64,000 nucleotides of DNA from Eledone cirrhosa (Eukaryota): NCBI GenBank assembly GCA_964016885.1, contig OZ024757.1, forward strand, positions 36,146,001 to 36,210,000, in the 5' to 3' direction. Numbering within the stretch: the stretch's first letter is position 1; each line of letters begins with the position of its first letter. This document shows positions 12,965-26,170 of this stretch, piece after piece. The notes below the pieces were generated by a model. That model did not search any database and was not told the DNA's origin. It saw only the letters and a list, made by a program, of their open reading frames with translations. Position numbers and translations under genes: made by a program.

Positions 12965-14003
12965 CTTGGCGTCTCGGTCATTGATGTTATTTAACTGGAA
13001 AGTTTGTTCAAATGAATATCAAGCAGCTACCTGCAGCCTTAGATATTCTGGGCATATCGGAGGGTTCTTGCTGTTCCCAGCAAGCATTCTTTTGAAGTGT
13101 TCCAAAAAAGGGGACTGGACTAATGTTCTTTAAATATCCTTGAAAACTCTTTGAGATAGTACCTAGTGCTCCTATGACAATCGGGATGACCTTGATCTCC
13201 TTTTTAACTCCCACTTTAAATCCTGGTATCGGTTAATTTTCGCCTCCTTTTCTTGCATTCTCATGTCAATGGGGCAGGCTACATCTACAATCGGGCACAA
13301 TCTTTTTTCCTTGTCAAAAACCACCAGGTCAGGCCCATTGTGTTCTAATTTCTTGTCTGTCTGTATCCTGAAATCCCATATCACCTTCACTTGATTGTTT
13401 TCTATCACCAACTCTGGCTCATACCACTTCTCAGAATGTGGTAAATTATTTAGTTTGCATAAATGCCAGTGAATCACGTTTCCTATTATATCATGTCTCC
13501 AGTCTGGGCTAGGGGTTTACACTCGGATACAATGTGAGCCACAGTCTCCCCTCTCTCCACAGATCCTACATAGTGAGCTAGCCTCCTCCTTGTCAATATG
13601 GTGTTTCACCCACTTCGGTCTAAGGGCTTATTCTTGTGCAACCATTATCATTCCTTCTGTAGCTTTTTAAAGGTCTCCTCTTTTTAACCAGCTCCATGTG
13701 TGTGGATCTCTGAATTCTGTTTTCTTAAAGAGGGTGCTCTGAAGGAATTTTTCATGAAGATCGCTCTTCCTCTTTCTTGTTACTTCCTCCTTGGACACCC
13801 CCTGGTCTATTGTCTTCTGCTTCGGTACAACTTTGAGCATTGGCTCCCTACTCTCAGACATATTTGTGCAGACTGCTTTTCTCCGTCTGAACACAGTCCT
13901 CTAAGCTGGTAAGACCTCTTCCACCTTCAGATCTCTTTAAGTAGAGTCTATCAACATCACTCTTCTTGTGGAACATGCTGTAGGTAGTCATGAGCTTCCT
14001 AGT
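12965..14003 (-). mobile_element. R4/Dong-like RLE-endonuclease non-LTR retrotransposon, decayed 3' part
   Basis: CCHC knuckle CRIC...TVAHIVSEC, then VIWDFRIQTD...PDLVVFDKE...DVACP and IPIVIGALG; frameshifted; (att)n/(taa)n on both sides. Confidence 0.85.
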
Positions 14004-14769
14004 ATTATTATTATTATTGAAGGTGAAGCCATGCTTCTTATCGGCTCCAGTTTTTTTTTTTAACAGTATACATCTATTTCACCCGTTCCTAACCTTTCAT
14101 TCAAGTTTTAAACTTGATAGGAGTTTGGAAGAATACGACACCCCTTTATGAGGTGTCGTATTCTGTAAAATTTACTTGAAAAACATTTTCGCTCAAACAT
14201 GGATAACACAAAAAAGAGAGAGCGCTGTCAGACAATACAGAGAGACACATTGTCAACATGTCAACAAGACAGCGTTCAAGCGAAGATGAATACAAAAGAA
14301 AATATTACGAAAGAAAAGAGAAACAATATCCTTTTTAATGATATTGTTTCAGATTTAAAAATGCCAAATAGTACTAATACAAACAACATCAATAACAACA
14401 GCAACAACAAAAATTTCAGCTCCACATTTGAAAAGAGGGTAATAACCCTGAAATATCGTGTTGAAATATATTGGGTAAAACAATACTTTGTTTTGTTTTA
14501 TTTGTCATTTACCCTTTATATATTTCTACTTTATCGTACTGACTTTTGGAAACTTATTGGTATTTTATTACATATCTCACAATGCCTCATAGTAATTATA
14601 CAGTGTGGGGTTTTTGTGTGAAGGAAAGGTTTATAACAAAGACTAAAAAAAAAATATTCATTTAAAAATAAAAACGTAACAAATTCCCCAAAAGTTGGGA
14701 TACTTCCGAGGGTAACTTGTAGAGAAAGCCCACAAAAAGCCATGGTAACCTTGACTAGATGATAATAAT

Positions 14770-15140
14770 AATTGAAATAAGAAAATGTGGCATTTTAGGC
14801 TTATACAATACCAGTGATAGCCAGTGCACTTGGAATCATAAAAAAAGGAACAGAAAAGTATTTGGACCAGATACCTGGAAAGCCACCTCTGCACTGTCCA
14901 TGTCCTGAGAAGGGCAATATCAATTTAAATACCTTGTAAAGACATTTACTGTTGTTTGTGCTTTTATGGCATCATTTGTATGACAACTGATTGTAAAATA
15001 TGTGTGTTACCAAATTTTGCCTCGGGTGTCAGATTGGCCATCACCATGATTTGGGAAAGAAGCAGAATTCAAAGGAAGTTTGGCTTTCTGAATGGTATGC
15101 CTAATTTCAAAATTGCCTTGAATTTTTTAGTAGTGCAGCC
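14770..15140 (+). mobile_element. Second R4/Dong-like 3' end fragment
   Basis: TIPVIASALGIIKKGTEKYLDQIPGKP...TVHVLRRAISI* followed by a putative 3' UTR. Confidence 0.6.
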
Positions 15141-15719
15141 CACCTTATGATGAAACACATCCTATGTGGCCCACCGTTCGAAAAGGGTTGCCCATACCTG
15201 ATATACAGTAACTATAGAGAACAACTTCAATATAATGATTTCTAAAAATGTACTTATCTCTACGACACACCTCAACTTGAAAATATAGGTAGATAGTTTT
15301 TCTGAGAATAAAGCCAAGTTAATTGACATAGCAAACATCCCCTGGAAGGGTGGGAAATATGATTCATTATTATATATAATAATAATAATAGAAACAATAG
15401 TATACAACAGGTGACTAAAATAAGACACACCCCAGAGAAAAAATACTATAAAAAATAACTTTTTCTAAAAGTTTACATATACAAAAACAGTTGACTCAAT
15501 GTAAATAATAGGGTAGGCTGAAAAGTTCATAGACTGGCCATGATGCTCTCATGGAATGACCAAATAAGGTTTATTTTCGAACATAGTCCCTAGAAAGAAA
15601 CAATGCAGTTACTAACAAGAGTTGAAATTAATGCATGCAAGATTTCACAGGTCTAGCATCATTCCTACATATTCAGCCTATGAACTTTTCAGCCGACCCT
15701 TGTATGACTAATTATCATG

Positions 15720-16245
15720 TATGACATGTGATGCCTCCTCACTTCTTTCCACAAGACCATAGAGTTAACTCTGTTGCCTACATTGAGGTCCTGGAATTGA
15801 CAGTATATGTAATGGAAGGCCTTATGTGTTTCTGCAAGATACGGCACCATCAAGCTAAAGAAATGCAGGAATGGATGGCTGAAAATTTCCATGATTACAT
15901 GTCCCCTAATATTTGGTCTCCTAACTCCCCAGATCTCAATCCATTGGACTACTATGTGTGAAGCATTGTTGAGGGAGATATCAATGAACACCCCCATAAC
16001 ACCAAAGATTCTTTGAAAGCTGCCATAGTCAGAATAATGTCCAATATGAACCAGGACCATTTAATTCGGGCTTGTAGACTATTTCAATCTCACGTAGAAG
16101 CAGTTATTGAGGGTGGCTTTAATTAATAAGATTAGGAAAAGATGGTTTATTTTTATGCTTATAGCATTTTTTCAATAAGTTATTATTTGCTATTCTGTTT
16201 TCCCATAAACATAAATCTGTCTTCAAGTACCTTACACACCCTGTA
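15720..16245 (+). pseudogene. Tc1/mariner-superfamily transposase relic, C-terminal part and right TIR
   Basis: WSPNSPDLNPLDYYV* then SIVERDINEHPHNTKDSLKAAI...ACRLFQSHVEAVI; ends ...cacaccctg-ta. Confidence 0.85.
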
Positions 16246-16399
16246 TATATATATATATATATATAAATAATAATAATAATAATAATATGGAGGCACATGG
16301 CTTAGTGGTAAGAGCATTGGCCTTGCAATCGAAATGTGAGTTCAATTCTCAGACCGGGTCATGTGTTGTTTCCTTGAGCAAGACACTTTATATATATAT

Positions 16400-16760
16400 G
16401 CAGAGGTAATATTTAATTTGTTGGGATTCAACAAGCTTAAACATTTTTATAACTGATATAAAGCACTCAACAAGTTAGTGGAGTATATATATACAATATA
16501 TTAATAAATAAGTTAGTGGAGTATATATATACAATATATTAATAAATGGAAACTATATTTATAAAACCATAATTATTTTATTATATATATTTCAAGGGCA
16601 ACCAAGGTAAATTATGGTGCGCTTTCATCAGATAAAATACAGATTTGTTTTATAAATAAATATTGACATACCCGGAAAAAAGACAACCTCAGCGGTTGAA
16701 ATTCGCTGGATAGTGGAGATAATTGAGGGTGATATAGAGTTGTGGGTGAGTATGTAAATG
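16400..16760 (-). mobile_element. Penelope-like pseudo-LTR fragment (family H1)
   Basis: Homologous to 57460-57630 (+) and 41920-42110; contains a hammerhead; internal ~37-bp duplication at 16473-16547. Confidence 0.65.
16574..16639 (-). ncRNA. Minimal type I hammerhead ribozyme motif (H1)
   Basis: Reverse complement reads tattttat CTGATGA aagcgcacc...ggttgccctt GAAA tatata TA ataaaata; 8-bp stem I. Confidence 0.8.
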
Positions 16761-17097
16761 AGTGTCTGACATATATATATATATGGTGTATATATAGTTT
16801 AGTGTGTTATATATCATCATCACCTTTTAATGTCCATTTTCCATGCTAGCATGGATTAGATGGGTTGTCACATTATGAGGCATGTCAGGTCCAGAGACCA
16901 CATCTTGCTCATACGGAACTGTTTCTGTCTTGGTTTCTAAGGCTGGATACCCTTCCTAACACTAATCCCATTACGGTGTGGACAAGGTGCTTTTTATCAT
17001 GACACCAAAATTACCAGTTTACTGTGTGGACTGGGTGCTTTTTGTAATGGTACCATACATAAATATGGTGTATGTATGTATGTGTGTGTATATATAA

Positions 17098-17438
17098 ATA
17101 AAGAATTCGAAGTTTGAAAGCCACAACAATGCAGGTTTGGGCGGCAAATAATTAAATCTAATTTAACCTTAATTAATTCATATGTCCTCATATTTCGAGA
17201 TTAATATCTCTTCTTCCCAGGAAAATAAAGGAACTATTCCAGTGTCTGATGTTGCTTGTTATACCATGCTGGCTACATCAGACACTTTATTTACCTCGGA
17301 AAAAAGAGATATTAATCTCGAAATATTAGGACATATGAGTAAATTAAGGTAAAAAAAAAACAACCCCTGTTTCTTACGATTTGATTATTTTCTGTCCAAA
17401 CCTGCATTGTCGTGGCTTTCAAACTTCAAATTCTTTAT
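17098..17438. repeat. Imperfect inverted repeat with ~130-150-bp arms and an inner 12-bp hairpin
   Basis: ataaagaattcgaagtttgaaagccac...gtggctttcaaacttcaaattctttat; inner agtgtctgatgt/acatcagacact. Confidence 0.9.
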
Positions 17439-17486
17439 ACTATATACAATGCTTCAAGTAAATATACAAATTCTTTCATATATATA

Positions 17487-17830
17487 TCATCATCATCATC
17501 ATCATTTTACGTCCACTTTTCCCTGCTTGCAAGGGTGGGACGGGAACTGATTCTGGCTTGATTTCTACAACTGGATGCCCTTCCTAACACCAACCTCATT
17601 TACAGTGAGTGCTGGGTGCTTTTTTGCCGTGGCACCTCCACGACAACTTTGCACTGGAATGATATGGACCCCAGTCCCTATCATCTCATTTCTACAGCTG
17701 AGTAAACTGGAGCAATGTGAAATAAAGTGTCTTGCTCAAGGAAACAACACATCACCCGGTCTGAGAATTGAACTCACAACCTTTCGATTGCAAGGCCAAT
17801 GCTCTAACCACTAAGCCATGTGCCTCCATC
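17487..17830 (-). mobile_element. Full-length SINE: tRNA-like head A plus RTE-like tail 2
   Basis: Head nearly identical to 1672-1840; 3' end cccacccttgcaagcagggaaaagtggacgtaaaatgatgatg matches the RTE ORF end at 50298-50357. Confidence 0.85.
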
Positions 17831-17833
17831 TAA

Positions 17834-17872
<39 letters not shown>

Positions 17873-17930
17873 TGTTATATATATGGCTTGTGGTGTATAT
17901 ATAGTTCACTGTGTTTTACTTTTATATATA

Positions 17931-17979
<49 letters not shown>

Positions 17980-19337
17980 TGTGTATGTTGATAAATATAG
18001 TTTCTGTTATATATTGTGGTGTATATATATGTTGAATGTGTTATGTGTGAGTGTTATGAAGGTCAGTAGGTACACAGCTACTGCTTCCAATGTTTGTCAT
18101 TATTATTATCAGTGTTCCACTGTTATTACTATTGTATTATATGGTTGTGTTGGTCACCAGATAACTAGGTACACCACAACTATTGTTTATTCTATCTTTT
18201 CTTTCTTCTGGCTGCTACCTTTTTCTTATTTTTCTTCTGCAGTGGATTGACAGAATCAGTAGAACATAAGACAAAATACTTTGTATCATTTAGTTATGGC
18301 CCACTATATTCTGAGTTCAAATCCTTTCATCTTTTTTTTTTGGGGGGGGGGGGGGGGGAATCAATAAAATAAAGTACTGGTCATGCACTGGGGTTCATTT
18401 AATCAACTTCCCCCAAAATTTCTCACTTTGTGCCTAATGTTAAACAATGGCCTCAATGGCCAATAACATATTACTACTACTGTTGTAAGGTGTGTGGCTT
18501 ATTGGTTAGGGTGCTCAGTGTGTTGTGTCTTTGAACAAGAGACTTTATTTCACATTGTTGCAGTCCACTGTCTTGAGCAAGACACTTTATTTCATTCATA
18601 TAGTAATTGGAATAACTCAGTGCAATGAAGCTGTTAAAACAGCAAAATGCTGTCAATGGTGGCGTCAGTTGAAATTTACCTCAATTTACCAATCAGTGGC
18701 TAGAAGTGTGCTGGCTCGTAGAAGTGATAGGAAGAAATGAGAAAGGGGATAAAATAGATGAAAGGGAATCTCACAAACATTAAATTGTCTCCTTAACTTT
18801 TAGACCGCTTGTGGTTTCAATGATTTAACTAAAAGGACCATGTAAGATAGACAGCTTGTAACAACGGAGAAAGAAATATCTCTGTTGGTATAATGTTTGT
18901 GGGAGAAACTAATAGATTGATAGGCAGCCAGATCATTTGGAGATGGTTGCTTCTGACAGGACCTGCTGGAAGGAGTGTTTTAGGACTCTGCCTCCATGAC
19001 CCTCTCAGGAATAAGTGGGCGAAGAATAATAATAATATGTGTGTGTGTGTGTGTATGTATATATACATGAACACGCAGAGAGAATCCCTTGTGGTTGATT
19101 CCCAACCTGCTAGAAATAGCAGTCAGGTTGGTTAGCATACCTGGGATTTTTTTTTTATTTGATTTTATAAAATTAGTATCAATAAACCTTCCTGGATATA
19201 CCATTATTCCATTGCTGTTGTTAATTTTCGATTGTCAGTTTTTATTTTTGTATTATCTATAGATAACATATATGTTGCTGGTCAATAAAGTTTGTAGTTT
19301 TGTTATTAAAAGCATTATTATTTGCTTCCAACCACCC

Positions 19338-19375
<38 letters not shown>

Positions 19376-19554
19376 ATAGAGAGAGGAATGGAAGTGGTGT
19401 CAGCTGAGTTTGTTTGAGATGTAGAGATTTATGCAGAATGACAAAACTGTCTTACATGCACTTATCTGGTGCCTGAGCATTGCTGACTTGTGGGTTTGTC
19501 AAGTGGCTGTTTTGCATGTAGGACAGATCCAGCTATCAGCTAAGTCCTTCATGA

Positions 19555-19808
19555 AGATCATCCAATCATCTTCCTCTTTTTATCTGCCTGGTGGATGATC
19601 ATCCAATCACCTTCCTCATTTTATCTGCCTGGTGGATGATCATCCAATCATCTTCCTCTTTTTATCTGCCTGGTGGATGATCATCCAATCACCTTCCTCA
19701 TTTTATCTGCCTGGTGGATGAAGATCATCCAATCACCTTCCTCTTTTTATCTGCCTGGTGGATGAAGATCATCCAATCACCTTCCTCTTTTTATCTGCCT
19801 GGTGGATG
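19555..19808. repeat. 42-45-bp minisatellite, about 6 units
   Basis: atcatccaatcaccttcctctttttatctgcctggtggatga(ag). Confidence 0.92.
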
Positions 19809-19892
19809 CAACTGAAGACGGACACGTTCTCCTTTGCAACACTAACATACCACATTTATTTAAGCCAAATTCCATTCAGATGTCAATACTGA

Positions 19893-20065
19893 ACACATAC
19901 ACAGTACCCACAACACGTACACAGTACCCACAACACGTACACAGTACCCACAACACATACACAGTACCCACAACACATACACAGTACCCACAACACATAC
20001 ACAGTACCCACAACACATACACAGTACCCACAACACATACACAGTACCCACAATACATACAGTCA
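19893..20065. repeat. 20-bp minisatellite, about 8 units
   Basis: acacatacacagtacccaca. Confidence 0.92.
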
Positions 20066-20619
20066 CCACAAGTGAGTTTATTTGTGATTCATCTTTTCTA
20101 TAGGTTTAATATCATCCATAAAAAATAAATGATTGTTTTTTTTAAAAATCGTGTTCAGCCTTGGCTCTTTACCACATTGTAGTTAGCAGCACTATACATA
20201 GTACAGACAGATGTGGTGACACCCTGTCACTCTACAATATTTCTCTCACCATAGTTAGCAGCACCATACATAGTACAGACAGAAGTGGTGACACTGTCAC
20301 CCTGTCACATTCTCCTCGCGATTTCTATTATACCCAACTTTTACCCAAAACAGATTAACTTTGTCTTCCAGTTAGCCTGTGGTCATTAGAAATAGTCAGG
20401 AAAGGGGTAAATTAAAATCTAATATAATTTTCTGTAAGAACTTTGTTACTATTTTAGTAATTAAATAATTTTAGTAAATCCCTCCAAATTATTCAACAGT
20501 AACTGTATAAACACACATATACAGTTACTGTTGAATAATTTTTTTTTCCTCCAGGGTTCTTTATGCCCAACTTGTTTGACTATTTTCATAGTCAAAAACC
20601 TGTGTTGAAGCTGTTAACT

Positions 20620-20849
20620 TTAACCCTTTAGCATTTAAACCAACCACATCCGGCCAGAACACTCTCTCCTGTTTCTGTTTAAGCCGGCTGTAACTGGCCA
20701 CTCATACCTACATTAAGGTATTGTTCTCAAAATAAATAATATCAAAAATCTCATAGATTTGATATTACATTAGATAATTATATGAGGTAAAGCCTTTACT
20801 GTGGAAATATAACAGTGAATATAGAATAATGTAAATGCTAAAGGGTTAA
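20620..20849. mobile_element. piggyBac-type TTAA MITE
   Basis: TTAA + ccctttagcattta ... taaatgctaaaggg + TTAA (perfect 14-bp TIR). Confidence 0.88.
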
Positions 20850-21393
20850 GCTAACATACATTCAAAATTCGTAATTCATTCAATGCTCCTAAAAATACAA
20901 TTGCTAATAAAATGCACTCTATTTCTATTAAGAATTTTGAAGGATTACATAAAATTATGTTGGAAGATTTTAATTTAAATAAGGAACCCTTTAAAATAGG
21001 TGGTTTTGTTTCAAAGAACTAGTGGCAGTTTTGACCAGGTTATTATCAAAAGGTTAATATTAGAAAATATGAAATATTTGTGGTAACCTTGTCCTTCTTC
21101 ACTGCCCTTGCCAGTTGCTTATTAATGAATGTTAGATAGTAAACTTTATTTAATAAATTATTTGAGAGTCCTAAATACAGAAAATGGCTGTAATAATAGC
21201 TCAACACTATAAATAATAGTCTAGAAAATTTGGTAATTTATCGTTAGAGATGAAAGAAAGTGGACAGAGGCACGCCTGTCCCTCTTTTCTCTTTATGGGA
21301 TATTTACTCAATTTTCAAATTTCAAAGATTTCAAGTTTTCAGTAATTGCTAAATTTTAATTATTTCTTTGTTTTTTTTTTTGTATTTAATTAG

Positions 21394-21627
21394 ATTCAGA
21401 TCGAGGAAGTTTTGATACAGCTGAAGATGGACCAGTCGAGGATGATGGAAGATGCCGTAGTCTAGATAGCCGCTTCTTAATTGGACACCATCTGTATGAA
21501 GCTAACACAAATAGTGTAGCTTATTCTGATTTCAGTGGTACTGGAGATACACATTCGGTTGATACCAGTAATACCAACATCTCGACAGACACTTCAAGCT
21601 CTAGTCCACAGCATTGTCGTTTAGATG
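21394..21627 (+). CDS. Internal coding exon (234 nt, phase 1-1) of an unidentified host gene, acidic/Ser-Thr-rich segment
   Basis: Poly-T tract + ttag| acceptor and G|gtaagt donor; open frame SDRGSFDTAEDGPVEDDGRCRSLDSRFLIGHHLYEANTNSVAYSDFSGTGDTHSVDTSNTNISTDTSSSSPQHCRLD; non-repetitive. Confidence 0.82.
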
Positions 21628-22724
21628 GTAAGTCAACTAATAACTATTTTTGTTTGAATTGATATTATAGTATGCAGTGTAGCATGTAGTGATGTAGTTT
21701 AGTGTGGAAGAAGGATTGAGAAGTGAGAGAACTCATCTGATGGGGACCATGATGTGAACACTCCTTCAGTTTTCTACACTCGGTCAAACCACTGAACAAC
21801 AGACCTAGTCAGTGCCTGTCCCTGTGGTTCAGCCACCTTAACAACATGGAACACATGCTCTCTCTCTCTCTCTCAGCCCTACGTAATCCCTCCTCTCTGG
21901 CTCCAGTCCTGCCTGAATCACCTCTAAACATCTGTTGCTGACTGTAGAGCCAACCTTCAGACATGACGATATGCCACCGATGATGATTCCAACTGCCAAT
22001 GTGGCCAATTACAAACTATGGAGCGCCTAGTTTGCCCCAATCTTGAAGATTCATGCACACTTAACGACCTTGAAACCTTAAGACCCCAGGCAAGGCTCTG
22101 TGTGCAACACTGGATGGGTGTAGTGTAATGACTCGATAGGAAGAAGACAGTTGGTAGAATGTCACATACTTTATCACTGTGTATCGTAAGAGGTGATTAA
22201 AAGGATTGGTGCCTAGAAGAGAATCCAACTGTAGAACATTGTCTTAAAAAGGACCCCCATTGATATATTTGAATCCTGTAATGTGGACTACAAAACTAAC
22301 CCCTGCTTTAGTGGGGAAAATGGCCTTAAAACAGTTATTTGTTGTTTTTGTATGTCAAATAAAAAAAATGCCCCGTTTTATTTTTTTCTGGTCTTTTTGT
22401 TGATTTCAAATTCTTCAAAGGTTGACTGTGCTTTTCATTCTTCTAAGGCCAATCAAGTACCATTCAAGTACTAGGAGGGTTAACTGTCTATTCTCAACAG
22501 CTCCTGCCACCAAATGTTTAACCTTGTTTCTAGCTTTATTATATGGAGTGACCACAGTGGTTAGGATGTCAGTTCATGTTGTGACATCCATTCTAGCTCC
22601 TTAAAGTTTCAGTTCAAGACCTGCAGCGCTAACTTTGTCTATCATCATTTCACGGGCGATATAGTACCAGTCGAATACTGGGGTCAATTGTACATCCTCC
22701 CTCACCCCTCTCCCATTCATCTCC

Positions 22725-23085
22725 TCCCCTATCATTAAAACACCCAAGAAACTTTGTATGAGATACAACCTTATAGGAGACCAGCTAAACCTACACAGGT
22801 GTAAGCTGTAACAACGTAACAAGACTGGAAACCCTATCATTAAAAAAACTGAAAAACTTATGAGATACAGCCTCATATTAGGTCAGAACAGCATGATTGG
22901 ACTGGGGTTCTCGATCATTAAAACACCTAAGAAACTTCCTTACAGGAGGCCAGCTAAATTTACATAGATGTGAACTGTAACAACATGATAGGACTGGGGC
23001 CCCTATCATTAAAACATTCAAGAAACCTATGAGATACAACCTTACAGAAGGCCAGCTAAATTTACATAGATGTCAGCTGTAACAA
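22725..23085. repeat. Degenerate 3-4-unit array of the same ~105-bp module as 2821-4040
   Basis: cctatcattaaaacacc...gagatacaacctt..aggaggccagctaaa...gctgtaacaac repeated. Confidence 0.85.
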
Positions 23086-23149
23086 TATTTCTGTCCATTT
23101 TTTTAATGTTTTTAGTAGAAACATAACTAAAACTTTTCATCCTTGTAGG

Positions 23150-23295
23150 GAAAAGGTATTTATAGAACAGAGCAAGTTTCCTAGCAGGACAAGGGGTTTT
23201 ATACAATAGAGCAAGTTTCCTAGCAGGAAAAAGGGTCTTATACAACAGAGCAAGTGTTCTAGCAGGGAAAAGTGTCTTATACAACAGAACAAGAG
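23150..23295. repeat. 39-bp minisatellite, about 3.5 units
   Basis: tatacaacagagcaagtttcctagcagg...aagggtct. Confidence 0.8.
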
Positions 23296-24044
23296 ACCAT
23301 ACTAGGTCCTTTCTTTATATCAACTCTTGTAAAATAGTCCTAACATATATACTCAAATATAAGCCAAGGAATATGTGATAAAAAAATTGATGGTGGAAGG
23401 GGTCAACTTATATTTGAGGTCAATATTTTGATGATTTTCACCAATTACAAATTGTACATAAATAAGGTTTGGATTTTTTCCCCTTTCTTCAGTGTGGTCA
23501 GCTTATGTTTGTATCAGCTTTTAATTGAGAATATATGGTATATATTACTGTAACATGAATAGTAAGGTAGCTGTGACCTGACCACAGCTTAGAGTTGGCT
23601 TTTATTTGAGTATATATGATAAATGAAAGTTGTATTGTATTGAAGTAAACCCTGTCCTGTCTTGATGTTGTACAACACTTTTGGTTGGTTAGTTTCACAA
23701 CTTGGTCCAGCTGTTTCAGGCTTTCCTATGCCGCCCCCTCACACACACATAATGTCAGCAGCTAATGCCATCATTCCACCTGTCAGTGGGGCTAACATCT
23801 ACTTACACTACCTAATTAATTAATGAATCATTATCATATGGCCTACATAGCCTGACTTCTCAGCAACTATCCCTTAGGAGGAGGAAGAAGAGGGTGGCTA
23901 CTTTGCACAGCTTGTTTCTTCTTCAATGTTTCTTACTAATAACTTTACTAGAACTTATGCCTAAACTTTGTCCTTATATTAGTATTCCACAAGGTGTAAT
24001 CTCTTCGTATTCAGCCACTTATAAAGTTTATTGCTTTGCTGTCC

Positions 24045-24545
24045 TTAACCCTTTTGTGACCCAACCCTACCAAACATGGCCCTCGTTCTAAGACCCCCCC
24101 CCCCATTTCAAACAATTCCTATATAAAGTTATATCTTCCAACGTGATATTATACAAGAACCATATGTTAAGTTATTTCATTAGGAATGAAACAACTTAAC
24201 ATATGGTTCTTGTATAATATCATGTTGGAAGATATAACTTTATATAGGAATTGTTTGAGGGTGGTGAATTGGCAGTATCGGTAGAGGGGCGGACGCCATG
24301 CTTTCTAGCAGAGTTACGTCCCTTTATGGTTTGAGTTCAAATCCCGTCGAGGTTAACTTTGCCTTTCATCCTTACGGGGTCGATAAAATAAAGTACCAGT
24401 AATGTACTGGGATAATTGCTGGCCTTGTGCCAAAAGTAGAAACAATTATATTAGGAATGAAATAATTAATCATTGGGAGTAAATTCTTCAAAACTCTTCA
24501 TTAATTAATTGAAAGAGCATATTTCAATATAAATATGGTCACACC
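24045..24545 (+). mobile_element. Composite TTAA-CCC MITE carrying a 151-bp palindrome and a family-B SINE (copy 1)
   Basis: ttaacccttttg start; palindrome 24108-24258; SINE 24259-24449; TSD attaggaatgaaa; same architecture at 36310-36822. Confidence 0.8.
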
Positions 24546-25189
24546 TTTTAATACCAAGCTACTCCAGACCACCTCAGCTTCTGGGAAACAAAACCACCCA
24601 TTTTAAAGGGTTCTCCTTTTTATTAAAATCTTCCAAAACAATTTGATAGAAGAATCTTTTCTTATGTTGTATTACAATTACTCTCTGAATAATGGTTTCT
24701 GATTTAGGCACAAGGCCAACAATTTTGGGAGAAGGAAAAGTTGATTAAATTGATTCCAGTGTGTAGCTGGTACTTTATAATAGTGATAATAATAATAATA
24801 ATGGTTTCCTATATAGGCACAAGAGCAGCAATTTGGGAGGCAGGAAAAGTCGATTAAATTGACCCCAATGTGTGACTGGTACTTTATTCTATCAACCCCA
24901 TAAGGATGAAAGGCCTTGGTGGTATTTGAACTAAGAACATAAAGGGACATAGCTCTATGCCACCTAAAAAAGCCTAGTCTTCGCGTGTTCAACAAATTAC
25001 CAGATTGACGAAACTGCAATATGATGGGGTTGGGTGGGGGTATACTGCATCGCCCATTTCGCGGATTAACAAGGGATGTGTTCAGGCCTTAGGGTAAAGG
25101 GGCCTGTTAAATATATTATATTGCAGTCACCTTCCAATGCTGAAAAAAATGGTGATGGGCCTGTGACCTGTCTTGGGAGGTGTGAGATG

Positions 25190-25680
25190 GAAGATTAAAA
25201 TTGCCTATCCCTTGACACTAGAGATAGTCCAGAAGGGAGCAAACCTTGATAACTGGAATGTTACAACCCTTACAGGTAAGGAGCAAGAACTAGTGGAGGA
25301 GACCAGATGCTACTAGCTAGATATAGTCAGGGTTTCCTCAATAATGTTCAGGGCTCTGGTCCGGTGGATTGGGGTGGAGGATGAAAACTCCACTATTCAG
25401 GTGTGGCGCCAGGAATGACTGCACAGGCAGGGGTGGTGATACTCTCAAGCCCTGGCTGTCAGAATGTGTTATGGACTGCATCACATTGGGAGGGAGGATT
25501 TGCCTCTTGAAGCTTTGACTGAAAGATAGGTCTCTGTGGGTGGTGCAAGTTTATGCATCAAGCAAGGAGTCCAAATACGGGTCCTTCCTTGATGAAGTCA
25601 TTGCAGTGTTAGATGTAGTTAAGACTGAGTCGTATATCCTGATGGGAGACTTCAATGCACATATTGGCACAGACCACCTC
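25190..25680 (+). mobile_element. RTE (Rex3-like) APE endonuclease fragment, degenerate
   Basis: WNVTTLTGKEQELVEE...VVQVYA...YILMGDFNAHIG. Confidence 0.8.
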
Positions 25681-26097
25681 TTTAGTTTGGACTGGATGTT
25701 CTGGTACCAACATAACTTTATAGAGAAAGGGTGTGTTGGCGGGAGTGGAAGGATGGAGTAAGGGGTAGTGAGTTGGGGTGTATATTTGGTTTGGAGGGGC
25801 CTACTGACTGTAGGTTAACTTTGCATGTATGGAAGGCGGGTCTTCCGTATTACTGCATGGCGCAAAAGTTCTCGATCCAGTGACATTGTCTTAGAGAGGT
25901 AAGTGTGCAAGGTCGGATTTTATCATGTCATCCCAGGTTTTTCTGGATCTACCTGCTCCATAACTTCCATCAATTTTGATTTTATACAGATGTCTTTCAT
26001 GCGCATCACATGACCATACCAAAGTAATCTCTCAAGTAAACAGCGTCTGATCCTCTTATTCCTAATTTCTCACTTAGTTCGTTTATTTTTTACCGTT

Positions 26098-26170
<73 letters not shown>

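Noticed and set aside
14130-14165. Hairpin agaatacgacacc...ggtgtcgtattct as a terminator or Helitron end
   Set aside because: Eukaryotic context with no adjacent CTRR end or second copy to define an element.
21700-22120. Possible I-clade LINE 3' end (CPCG motif)
   Set aside because: Too degenerate to support a call.
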